DNA of 61,464 nucleotides, the filler included, from Choristocarpus tenellus KU-1152 (Eukaryota; Protista; Phaeophyceae), in assembly GCA_964200185.2 (NCBI GenBank). It is 7 parts of 7 records of this genome, joined end to end, with 100 filler letters (N's around TTAATTAATTAA, not from the genome) between each part and the next. Parts side by side here need not be neighbours in the genome. Positions count along the whole stretch, not along the records: positions 12,070 to 33,307 come from CAXNAD020000356.1; positions 33,408 to 40,875 come from CAXNAD020006109.1; 5 more parts are not named here. One strand, written 5' to 3'. This document shows, one piece after another, positions 26,972-39,006 of the stretch. The position numbers and the translations under genes are program-made. Within the stretch, counting starts at the first letter, position 1, and each line of letters begins with the position of its first letter. Below the pieces are notes generated by a model. The model did not search any database. It saw nothing but the letters and a program-made list of their open reading frames with translations, and was not told the origin of the DNA.

Positions 26972-29900
26972 ATGCGTGTATCTGGACTCTATTTTCTCCT
27001 CTCTTGCGCTGAAGGCGTAAGGGCCTTCGCACCGGGGCTGAAGCATGGATCATTGGAGCTGGGAAAAGGAAAGGGTTCACCTTGGAGATTGAGCCCTGTT
27101 GGCATCAGTCTCGAACGAGACTTTATGAGGTTGCGTGGCGGATGGGGTGTAAGTCGTGGCCGAAATCATTCGAAGCCGCGAGAATCGTTGGTTTCGACTC
27201 TGAATTCCCCCTCGAAAAGTGACGATATCGTCGAACTTAGTGGAGGAGGGGTTGAGACAAAACCTACTTTGGGCAAGGGCTTAGAAATTCAGGTGAGAGT
27301 TGATTCCACATTGAACGTATACCTGTTCGTACACACCTGTTCTCGCGGGCAAATTGAATTTATGGAAAATGTATACAGGGTATTCCGTTGACATGGGACA
27401 TCCTGGCGATCCTGATGGTGTACTTTGTCCAAGGAGCGCTCGGACTTGCTCGACTTGCAACCACTTTTTTCCTGAAGGATGATCTGCACCTTGAGCCAGC
27501 AGAGGTGGCTGCGCTGTCAGGACTGTTCAACCTGCCGTGGGTCCTAAAACCGCTATACGGGTTCCTCTCTGACGGGTTGCCTATATTTGGCTACAGAAGG
27601 TGAAAATGTTTGGCTGGAGGATCAGTCACATTTGCGCTGGTTCAGGATTGAGGACACGTCATTGGGCTGACAAATTCAGACAAAAGTGAGCTGCTTGAGC
27701 ATGAAAATGACTGTGGGGGTGCCCACAGGAGACGGAAAAGTTTGTATATGAACCGTTATATCTCATAGCAGCGATGCCAATGTTTCTTTGGACTGCACCA
27801 GGAGAACAAGATACAGCAAACATCATACATCCACGCCCTTGTATTTGAACAAGTTTAGCGCATCATTTGTTTTCACCTCGCACATTACAGGAGATCGTAC
27901 ATGATCCTTGCTGGATTAGTTGCAACTGGAGGATGGCTTTACCTCGCCAACTGTGCACATACTCCGCTTGAAGCCACAGCAGCATGCATTGTTTCATCAC
28001 TGGGATTAGCAGTGAGCGATGTGGTAGCCGACTCAATCGTCGTGGAGAAGGCAAGAGCTTTAACAATGTCTTTTTGTTTTTGCTTGTAGAACTTGTAGAG
28101 TTGATAAATTTTCTCTAGTATTCGAGGAATCAATTTGAGTTCCCCCTTGATTTGAAGCACTACTGGACATGACACAGATGGGATTTGCCATACAGATTAT
28201 CTAGTTGTAGCTTACTGCATCCTTGGGGGAAAATATGTTGTCTAGGCTTGGGGTCTTGTAACTCGATGACAAATTTTGCACAGTGTCCATCAAAATATGC
28301 AGGGTCAGTTGATCTAAAATCCAGTGAGCCTGAGACTAGCAATGACATCTTATTTTAAACAATGAATACATTTTTATATGTGAGGATTAAGATATTGAAA
28401 AGCTCAACAACATCCATAATAATAGCGAAATGCAGGTCCTGTAGTAGGCTGTACAATGTGTCATTGAGGCTCGTGATACTCCATGTGCAACATCTGGTTC
28501 ATGCCTCCATTTGTTTGCCACACATCTTGCCTCAACTGTTACAGCCTTTGCACCCCCAACCAGTAGGCACGAGATTCCCAGTCTCAGTCCGTGTCTGGTG
28601 GGCTGCAGTCCCTATGCTGGGGCAGTGCAGCCCTAGGTGGGATAGTCAGTGCATATTTCTCTGGGGCTCTTCTGGAACGGATGAGTACACGTGAAGTGTT
28701 CTCTTTAACAGCTTGTCTGCCACTGCTGATCACATTTTGTGCCTTTCTTGTGGATGAGCAACAAGTCAAGAACCTTGCCCACAGGTTAGAGAGAAACATG
28801 TGACGGCTTGCTAGGGAAAGGTGGAACTGTATCAGACACTGTTAATACTATACATGACTGCATGACACACAGAACATGATAGAGGTTGCACTGTTTTCAA
28901 CCTCTTTTAGTAACCTTGACTGACTGAAACTCATGAGCTGAAGCTGATGGGAGGGTTGCTCATGGTGGTGTCATGTTTCCTCTTCATGACTCAACAGTCC
29001 CGTGGAGGTTGTGAAGGGTCAAGCGATCAGGTTGTGGTCAGCCATCAAACAGAAGAAGATTTGGCTCCCAGCGCTGTTCGTTTTTTTCTGGAAGGCTACC
29101 CCATCAAGTGACTCTGCTTTCTTTTACTTCCTCACTGAAGATATTGGTGAGTACAGTGTGCTCTCATTTTGGTGACTACGTTGTGTATTATGTGGTATGT
29201 CCCATGGGGTATGCATGTTCTATTCTGTGTGAAGTTGCCATGGTCTCTGTTGCATCCACTCGCTGCACTATAGGAGGAGACTTGAAGTTGACTTGGTTAT
29301 CAAGTAGAATAATGTATGTAATGAGATGCTGTGTGCTTCTTGCTGAACTCAGTATGCATACTCTGTCCTTAGCAGCTCCTCTGTGCTTGTGTCTTACTTT
29401 GCTACCCAGGTGTTGGGCCAGAGTTTCTTGGACGTGTAGCACTGGGCTCCAGTATTGCATCCCTTGCAGGGGTTGGGATCTTTCAGTATTTTCTGAAGAG
29501 TGTCAAGATTAGCCGAGTTTTATTCTGGACAGCTTTGGTATCTTTGCCATTGGGATTCACACAGGTGAGAGGAATGTGGGGAATCCCCCCTTTTGGGCTG
29601 GTTTAAAAAAAAACTGGTTTAACCATCAACCCTTCAAATGCATTATTGCATGTTGTGGATGACAAAAACCCCCCCCTCTGCCACTCCTATCTGCCACTGC
29701 ATTGTACTATTTTGTGTGAAATAACTTCGATTGCGGAACACATTTCCCCAAAGATTGTACAGTCAAGGTGCCCGATTTGTTATCCACAGACAAACTTCTA
29801 AAATTTGTAGCTTCCAGTGATTTGAGGAGATAGCTTGAGTTGAGAGATGTATGCAATATCAAGTCACAATTATGGGTCTGGGACTGACTGCATGGTCGGT

Positions 29901-30575
29901 TGATTTCCCTTCACCCCCTTGAAGTGTTAGTTCACGTCAATGATCCAAACTGAATTAAAAAGGAATGAGCTGGAAATGACAAAATCATGCACTATTTATT
30001 AGTGTCACAAAACCATACTGGTAGTGCAAAGTGTGATTGATCTAATGTAAGAGCCCATATTCTCCCAAAGCCATACTAGCACTAGGCCAAGGGTGGATTT
30101 GTCATAGACTTCTCCTTCCCAACCCCCTTAACTTTTGAACTTGTCCCAAAACCTGCAGCTTCTGCTGGTTTCTCACGTCAATCGACAGCTGGGCATTCCT
30201 GACGAATTGTTCACCTTTGGTGATGATGTGATCCTGACTGTTCTGGGACAAGTGGCATTCATGCCAACACTTGTGTTAGCAGCAAAGCTGTGTCCTCCAG
30301 GGGTAGAGGGGACGCTATTTGCCCTGCTCATGTCCATATATAATGGAGGGAGCATTGTTGGGCAAGAGCTTGGTGGCCTCCTTACCAGGGTAATGGGTGT
30401 CACAAATGCAGATTTTTCTCGCTTGGCCCCTCTGATTATTGTGTGTAATCTGAGTACCCTGTTGCCGTTGCCTTTTCTTAAATGGGTCAAGGATGTAGAG
30501 AACGAGGAGGACTCATCTACCCCAGAGGGTATTGAGAATAACACTGTAGATGTAGAGCACAGAAGTGAAAGTTGA
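26972..30575 (+). CDS. BT1 (folate-biopterin transporter) family protein, plastid-targeted, ~546 aa, 7 exons
   Basis: Exons 26972-27292, 27379-27599, 27891-28050, 28567-28784, 28998-29146, 29410-29564, 30159-30575 total 1641 nt. Motifs [73 protein letters not shown]. Presequence has GVRA-FAP. Confidence 0.93.
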
Positions 30576-32212
30576 ATGCAGAGAATGTGGGTAAAATGTC
30601 CAGGATTAACCTTTTGCCTTGTGATAAAGGAGCATCCTGTGGGAGCACTATCAGTGCAGACCCCATGAGAATTAAGACACTTTTTGCCTAAAGTCTTCAG
30701 AGATGCTGAACAATTGTGTGGATGAGTAGAGATAAGGAAGAGTACCCACTTGCTGGAGCTCTCAGTTGTGTTAATGAATTGCTTTGTACATGAGGTTGGC
30801 AGATTTTAGCACTGGAGCAAGTACATCCAAGACAGGCTGTTCTGAGCAAACCTTGTAGTACGCATAATAGTATCACAACTTTGCCTTTGAGAATTTTTGG
30901 GTGAAAATCATGGAGGATGTTACCAGCTTTTTTTGTTGAAGAATTGTGTCAAACTGCTCAGTTTTTGTCACCTTCAAGTTACCTCACTTCTTCTACTGAG
31001 GAGTGTGTGGGTCACTTGCTGATTTGAACTTATAAGATTAAAAAAATAAAGTCAGGTCTGGGAACCTGTTTCTTACATTGAATGCTGATTCTGGCACTAG
31101 ACATGTTTCATGGAGGCAGTCAGTAGGATGAACACTCTGGCAAATGCCAAAGGAGGCTGAATGGTGCGTTGTTATACTCCGCTCTTTTGAATGTTCTTTT
31201 CTTGTCCATTTGCACTGGTCAACAAGAGAAAGTACCAAACGAAATTGTATTGGTATTCATGCTATCATGTATGAACGTGTTCATTTGTTCTTAAGAACAT
31301 TAAGATACACTGATATAGAGTATTTTTTTTGGAGATGGTGTTCTTCTGTGCAATACTTGAACATGACCCAGGGCTTGTGCGTATGAAGTAGTTACGAATT
31401 TGAAATTTCCTTGTTACAGTACTTGTTGGTGGAGCTCTATCTTACGTTGAATATGAGTTCAATAAGCGGCACATAGAAATGTTCTAGTTGGCGGAATACT
31501 TCATTTTCCTGCACGTGTTTTTATGGAATCAGCTTCATTACTTGACACTTGTCCAGAGAGAGGGAAGGCTAAGGAAATGTGCAGAAGAGTAAACCATGGG
31601 GTATTGGAAAGGAATAATCATATACCAAATGCAGTTTGAGCTTGGCTCAATGCTTATCTCGAGATAACTCAATGGTATGGTCTCTCTATTTTGGGAAGTG
31701 GGCTATACCTTCAGTTCAGCAGAACAACATACAGGCCCCCTCCACATTTTAATTGGTAGCATGTATGGCCCTGCCTGTATACTACTACAAGTATGAATCC
31801 TTTCCAGGTGTGTCAATGCTCAAAGTGCAATTGTAATATCACCTTGAAACTCTGTCGTTTGTAGTGCTAAAACTGCAAATCAGAGAGGGTCACACAATCC
31901 AGAAATCAGGGCTTCATTCACAAGTTGTTACCCTATACAATCCAGTCTACTATCATAATTCTAGCAGGTTATGATTGCACTAGTGTTGAAAATAGGATCC
32001 ATTTAGTGTAGGCATTGCTGACAAGTTTGGCATAATATTCCTACACCCGGAAATCAGAAATCGGCAGTTGGCAGAGTGACATTACAATCTGTTGTGGGCA
32101 ATGGACAAGAACTGGTATGTCTGTGCCATTTTGGTCAGACATAGGTATAGTGGAAGACAATTTGGATAATGGGGTCCTCCATCATCAGACCCTCATACTG
32201 ACAGGTACAAAA

Positions 32213-32460
32213 GAGTCAAACTAAACGAGAGAGTTGTGTTTTAAGCATGCTAACAAATATGTGCAAATTTCAGCTTTTTTACAGATATGAAGAGGTTATT
32301 TTCTGAAATGTGATGGAAAATTTTCAAAAAATAACGAAATAAATGCTCTCAAGTTGAACTTAGAACTTCGTCCAGAAATACTGGTGAATTCCAAGAGATT
32401 GAAAAACAGGCTTAAAATGCAAAACCACCAAAACCTAGTACCTCTCATTTACTTTGGCTC
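32213..32460. mobile_element. MITE (family E)
   Basis: GAGTCAAACTAAACGAGAG...CTCTCATTTACTTTGGCTC termini, flanks AAAA/AAAC. Related to 52733-53010. Confidence 0.6.
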
Positions 32461-35189
32461 AAACCCATTGCCTACTCTCAGTGTCGATCACCCGTTTCCA
32501 TTTTTTCCTAATTTTTTTACCCCTGTTCGCCCATTGGAAGTACTCTGATTGGATTAACAATACAATCCTTCTGTCCCACCACACATCACACACATTCCAG
32601 CTCTCATCCTCTTCTCCAGATCATTTTCACATGCTAGGAATCTTCCCATGCCACAGTACACCTTGGAAATTAGGACGTCACCAACCAAGATCCAAGTCAA
32701 TTATGACATAGGATGAGGAAGAGGAATTAGAACGTATGTGGTGTGTGGTGGGGTGTAGAGATTGCATTTTCGTCAAATTAGAGTAATACAAGGACAAAAA
32801 CAGGGACAGAATTGAGCAAATAGCGGGCTGGATCGGATGAGTGACACGGAGAGGAGAGTACATAAGTGGTATTTGATATACCTGTGAACATGGGGATGAG
32901 TCTTGTGAAGGAGGGCAACATTATCCAACTTGTTTTCCCTATTCAGTCGGTACACCTATATAAGAGAGGTCAATATAAGAGAAAACAGAATATAAGAGAG
33001 GGTAGATTGCCTTGTCACAATGTTTTACACTATAAGAGAGGTTTCATCGTTTTCCTGCCAAATCTCTCTTACATCGAGCAAACTCGTATTTTGTTTTGCT
33101 CACGAATTCTGAATTATTATTATTTTGTTCTATGTTTGCATTCCACTCATTCCTCCTTCCCTCCCCATTGTACCCCCACTTACGACCACCCATTGTGACC
33201 TCTTCGCCACTGATTTCCTGTCCTCCCCCCCCCTGCCGTTCGCCCTCAGAATCTACCCCCTCTCGTCACCGACTTACCACGAACACCCAACACCCCAGAC
33301 CAACCACNNNNNNNNNNNNNNNNNNNNNNNNNNNNNNNNNNNNNNNNNNNNTTAATTAATTAANNNNNNNNNNNNNNNNNNNNNNNNNNNNNNNNNNNNN
33401 NNNNNNNGTCGGATTTGAAATTTCAGGGAAAAAAAGAGTTGTTTGACCGAAACGGACGTCCCCTCACAAACCACCCCCCCCCCCCACCAGATACTTTGAC
33501 CCGGTTGTCGCTCCGAATGCAAGCAGTGTATGCATCTTTTATGGGTAATGAGAAGAAGGCACTTGATGATGTGATGGGTAAAGGGTCGAGGAAAGTGAGG
33601 GAAGATATGTAAATGTTTGAGCATAGAAGAGTGTGGGGTTCCATGTTGAGATGTAGGGGGCTAAGAGAGATATGGACTATATGACCCTCTTCAAGCGACT
33701 GTTAGCCCTTCTAGTGGGAACTTGAGCATGCGATAGAGGAAAACACGTTCCCTGCAAAGTGGATAATGAACCCCTCATTTGCAGGTGTGGTATGACAGTA
33801 GTGTACCAAATTGGGCAGGATGAAATCCTCTTCAAGGCATATGCAAGGGAAGGGAAAGAAGTGAGCTGTGAAGGGGGTGTGGGGGTTGTGGAAGAAGACC
33901 AAAAGTACAAGGTGAATGATGTCATCCTCACAGGATGAATTGGTGTTTGGAGCTTTGAGATTTCTCCCGAGGAACTGAAGACCATCGAGAGTACCCAGCA
34001 AAGAGATACCCTGGCTTGAGATTTCTTTAGTGTAGTACAAGGATGGATATTGGGATTATTAAATTTTGCAGTGCAGGTTAGCGACTGGATACACTGCTTG
34101 AGTGCTTGTCCCCAGATCTACACCTTGTTATTGAGGTTGACCACTCAAGCGGTCACACAAAGTGTAGGATGGATTGTTTGCATGTCACGAACATGAACGT
34201 CAAGTTTGATGGGAAGCAGAACATTTTCCATGATTCAATCATCACAGACGGATGCTTGGGGCCTGGGGAAGTGGAAATGAATTGAGATGGAAAGGAATGG
34301 AGTCTGAAATCTGAGGAGGTCAAGACTAGTAGGGTGGTGAACCTAAAGCCAACTGTGGATTCGACACAGTCAATGATGATCTCTCCTGATGATCTCTCCT
34401 GATGACCCCCCACCGTTTTACCATCTTGAGTACACTCAGTTCAATGAGAAAAAAGGCAGAAAGATCATTGTACCAAAGAAAGGTAGAAGAAAAGCACGGG
34501 CTGAGGAAGGGGTTGAGGTTGAGGAAAGCGGTAAAGCAGAGGTTAAGGATGAAGTCAGTGGAGGATGCACTGAGAAGGCCAACCGGATAAAGCAAGCTGT
34601 TTTGGAGCAGGGGTTACGTAGAGAGGGGGTGCCAGCTGCCAAGAATGTGGATCCAGTGATGAATCTCAACTTGACTCTCAGTGAGTGCAATGATTTTGGA
34701 AAGAAAAGTCAGCTCTGCAGCATATGGTAAGGAACAGATAGTATTTTTATTAATGTCCCCAAAATACCACTCAGAATTTGCTGGGATGGGGACAGAATGT
34801 TCCTAGGGAATAGGAAAGATGAAGTATAGGCATGAAATCAATTATGGGGTTCCTACCAACCTGCTGTAACATCATGGTGTCAATATCAATTGCCAATGTA
34901 ATTACTATGGGGAATTGTAGATGGAGTGCACGCCACACTAGAGATTACCACAGGGTGTATGAATACTTGGGTGAGGGTGATATCTTGAGGAGAGGGTGTT
35001 AGGAGGTGTGAAATTGCATCGCAACATTCTTGGCCTTGATATTCGCTTTCTACTTCAAAGTTGGAAGTGGTTGTCCGTATCTTTTAACTTGGCCGTTTGT
35101 ATTGGTTATTTTGTGTCCTCCTCTTCATGGTTCCATTCATTTGCTCAAGATTTTTTAGGCTGAAATTGGCAAGTGTGTACGTAGAAATG

Positions 35190-36760
35190 ATAAGGCTATG
35201 GGTCCCAACAATCTTCCAGTTGAGCTCCTGAAGCTTGGCCTATATGATGACGCAGCTATCGCCAGGGTTTCCGTAAGATTGTGTTAGTTACGTGGAACCA
35301 GGAAGTCGTGCCACAGGTCTGCAGAGATGTAGTAATCATCATACCCTACAAGAAGGACCATGCTGATTATGGCAACTGTAAGGGCATCTCATTGGTGACT
35401 CACAATGGCAAAGTCCTCAAAGTTGTTGCACAGTAGTTGGGGGATTACGTGGAACGGGAGAACTTTTTCTTTTTCTTGAACAGTGTGGTTTCTGGCCCCG
35501 ATGCTCCAGAGTGGACTAGATGCACACTGTATACCCTTTATGTGTTTGAACGATCTATAGAGAGCATATGTTGGGTTGACCGTGATCTCACACGGGTTGT
35601 GCTGGGTCAAATTTGGCATACCTCCAGAGATCATCTCTGTCATCCGTCAATTCCATGATGGTATAAGGAAACGTCTTTGCATGGATGATGATGACTGTAC
35701 GGACTGGTTTAAGGTTGGACAGGGCCTTTAACAGGGGTGTGTTCTTGCTCCGATCTTCAACTTCTTCACTTCGGTGTTAAGTGTGGCAGTTGAGGGACTC
35801 ATCTCTGACTTGGGCATCTCCAAGGACCTTGTTGTCGTCAAGATAGAGACCATGGAAACAAGATGAGAGGAAGAGGAGCAACAGGGAGTAGGGTGACATT
35901 TGAGCGGTTATTATAAGGTATGCTCTATGCTGATGATATGGGCATTGCCTACAAGATCCAGGAGGTTAGGCCGGGGTGATGACAATGCTTGTGAAGGTAG
36001 CCAGATAGATTGGTTGACTGTATCGGCATTAAAGACGGAGACCATATGTCTTTTTCCTCATAATCATGACATCAAAACCATGCAGTTGCATGCATCGACC
36101 AGACCAACACGCAGACTGATAAAGGTTGCTTTAGCTTGGGGGAACCATTAGTGACGATGCTGCTATTACTGCTGAGATCGGCTGGAAGAGTCAGAAAGCT
36201 TGGAGTTGATTTTCCAGATACAACCAAGTTCTTTATGACAGGACCTCAGGTGTCTCACTTGAGCTCAATATTCGAATGGTTAACACTGAAGCACTTGAAG
36301 TTTGTTACATAGTCGAATGATATGGACACTCCACCAACCAGGTTCGTCATCTGAAGTTCCGCTCACATCATCACAAATTCCTCCAATGCATAGGTTTCCG
36401 CGAACAGGAACCCACTGAATATCCTCTCCTACAAAGGTGCTCTTATGAAGACTGTGTAGGAGTTTTGAGGCAACAGTACGCAAGCAGGGGCTCCTATTTG
36501 CTGGGTCAGTTGCTCACATGGGAGATGAGTGACTTCCCAAGATATCTATGTTTGGGGAAGCTTGAGAACAGAAAATGGAAGCAAGGTGGACAAAAGAATA
36601 ACTGGTGGACAAGTCTCTGACACGACCTTGACAAGTTTGTGATTATAGTTGAGGGTTGGGGTAAGGGAGTCACTATTCAAGAGAGGTGGTGTCAGTATGT
36701 GGCTGACGGCACAATGAGGTTCATGGCCGAATGTTATTCCAAAAAAATTGTGATAGAGAA
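35190..36760 (+). pseudogene. Decayed RTE-clade LINE reverse transcriptase
   Basis: Broken frames read KAMGPNNLPVELLKLG, KKDHADYGNCKGISLV, EQCGF, FGIPPEIISVIRQFHDG, GQGL*QGCVLAP, MLYADD. Many stops and frameshifts. Confidence 0.85.
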
Positions 36761-37666
36761 TGTATGTCGTACCAAAGCAGCAGCTAGTGTCGCCCAAGCC
36801 GCCAACGCCACCACCATCACTGTCTGCTGAATGCTGTGTTTTTTGGATCGGTTTATCTCGCACCCGTTGTTCATTTTCTTCTCTTCCCTCATTTTTTTGG
36901 GGTGATGATGTTTTTCTTCCGCAAGTCCTATTCTTCCTTTTCATTTTTCTCGTATCTTCTTTGTCCTTCTTCCAAGTGACTTTCTTTCACTACTGCTTTG
37001 TTCTCTATTTTATGGTCATTGTTACCTTTTCTCCAGCAGTGTGTACTGAATTTCTTGCATTACTTTTTCAAAAAAGTTTCGATTTCTGCCTGGGATTCTT
37101 GAGTCAACTTCTGAGATGGTTCCAGGTCGAAGAAACGTAACTCCATCGCTGCCAAAAAACAGTAAAATTTCCGCTGTAAAGGACCAAAACCGTGACATTA
37201 TAATACAGTTTCTCACCAATAACTTGACATGCGACTGTGAAGCGCCTACTAGGGCTTCATCAACAAAAGTATCAACTTCAGTGGGTGGAGCAGGCATGGA
37301 ACGATCAGCTCGTAGGATTGAAGGCTGTGAATTAGAAAGTCTGTGAGCTCAAGTATACCTTACCTATCCACTGAAATGAATGCATGAACTATTCATATTT
37401 TTCGCATAATTCATACAGAAAACTAGAGACGAATCATCTTCGATACCTCGATTAATACCAGTGTGTATTATTGGGTTTTGTTTCAATCGTAGTACAGTAG
37501 GACTAAGAGAAAATAAGGTGAAGAAAATTGAGTTTTTTTCGGGAAATTCTCCATTGAAGACAGCAAATCAGCTGATATTCGGAAGGAGAAAAAGAAGAAT
37601 CTAGGGAGGGTGAGCAAGATATGTTAAAACTAGGATGGTTCAAAGGCAGACCTTATAATTGAGAAA

Positions 37667-38109
37667 GGCTCAAGAGTCAAAGTATCTTAGAGGGTAGAGC
37701 CGCGTCCATTTGGGGGCCAAAATCCAATGTTGCGATTTTGATGCCATCGTATTTGTTAGGAAGTGTCAATATCCATGTCCTGGACACAACTTTTCATAAT
37801 GTATACATTTTACCTACTCCGAAACATTTTGGAGTAGGAAAATGTCATAAAAACAACTATGGGAAGCCAAGCCCCAAATGGATAAACAGGGCAAAAATCG
37901 TACCCTATAAGATACTTTCACTCTCAAAGGTATCTGGGGGGGGTGGCGGCTGTCCATTTGGGGCCCATTTTTCCATGCCACCATTTTTGGGTGATTTGGT
38001 TGCATGCATCGGATAGATAATGTAAGTGCACTTGTCCTGGTCAGGGTCCGAATGGAAACCATAGTGTAGACCCCCACCCCCCCCCTCCCCCCCCTAGATA
38101 CTTTAAGCC
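37667..38109. mobile_element. MITE (family B) interrupted by the family A copy
   Basis: GGCTCAA|insert|TCAAAGGTATCTGGGG...CCCTAGATACTTTAAGCC. Reverse-complement homolog of 6399-6571. Confidence 0.75.
37674..37923. mobile_element. MITE (family A, ~250 bp) nested in the terminus of a family B MITE
   Basis: GAGTCAAAAGTATCTT...AAGATACTTTCACTC with TCAA on both sides. Internal hairpin CCTACTCC...GGAGTAGG. Confidence 0.85.
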
Positions 38110-38414
38110 AAGTTAATCGAATGAGTGGCTTTGAGGTGCAAATGCTAGGAAGAGAGTGGACAGAATAAAAGGATGAGGCAAGTTTTTTGCGGTGACTAGG
38201 AGTGCAGGCTCAAGACGATTACACTAAGCAATCTTTGCCATCCACCCACCCTCTTGATTGCTCACAATTACGTGGGGTGATGGGAGGGGGGAGAGGTCAA
38301 CCTCAGGTGGGGTCAATGTGTTCTGGTTCAATGGCACAGTATGGGAGAGGACAATGGTCGAAGGCTGTGGATTATTTTTTTCCTTGGATGAATGTGGAGC
38401 GTTTTGGGAGGATT

Positions 38415-38727
38415 GGTGTGGGAGTGGATATGAGGAAATTGACCGCATTGGTTTGTAACTGGATATGTGCAAAGTAACCACACCGATTTGAAACTGGAAA
38501 TGCAGGAAGTGGATGCATTGGTGTGAGTGTATATAAATATAATTTGATTGCATGGGTGTGTGAATGGGTAATTGGAAAGTGGTTGCATTGGTTTTGAAGT
38601 GGATACAGGGAATTGGCTGCATTCGTGTGTGAGTAGATACGTAGAAATTAGCCACATTGGTTTCTGAGGGGATAGGCGGAAATTGGCAGTAGTGGTTTGG
38701 AGAGTGGATACATGGATTGGCTGCATA
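38415..38727. repeat. Degenerate ~35-bp minisatellite, ~9 units
   Basis: Units such as GGTGTGGGAGTGGATATGAGGAAATTGACCGCATT and GGTTTTGAAGTGGATACAGGGAATTGGCTGCATT. Confidence 0.7.
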
Positions 38728-38749
38728 GTTGGGGTGGTAACAAGGGGGT

Positions 38750-39006
38750 GAGTGAAAGTATCTCAGAGGGTACGAGTTTTGCCCTGTTTATCCATTTGGG
38801 GCTAGGCTTTACTCAGGGTTGTTCTGACATTTTTCTACTCCAAAATATTACGGAGTAGGTAAAATGTATACGTTATGAAAAGGTGTGTCTGGACAGAGAC
38901 ATTAACACTTCCTAACAAACACGATCGCGAAAATTACATCAAAATCGCAACATTGGATTTTGGCCCTCAAATGGACGTGGCTCTATCCTCTAAGATACTT
39001 TGGCTC
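38750..39006. mobile_element. MITE (family A), opposite orientation to the 37674 copy
   Basis: GAGTGAAAGTATCT...AGATACTTTGGCTC with GGGT on both sides. Confidence 0.85.

Noticed and set aside
37674-39006. Composite transposon bounded by 250-bp inverted repeats
   Set aside because: Each family A copy has its own flank duplication (TCAA, GGGT) and the outer flanks do not match, so these are independent insertions.
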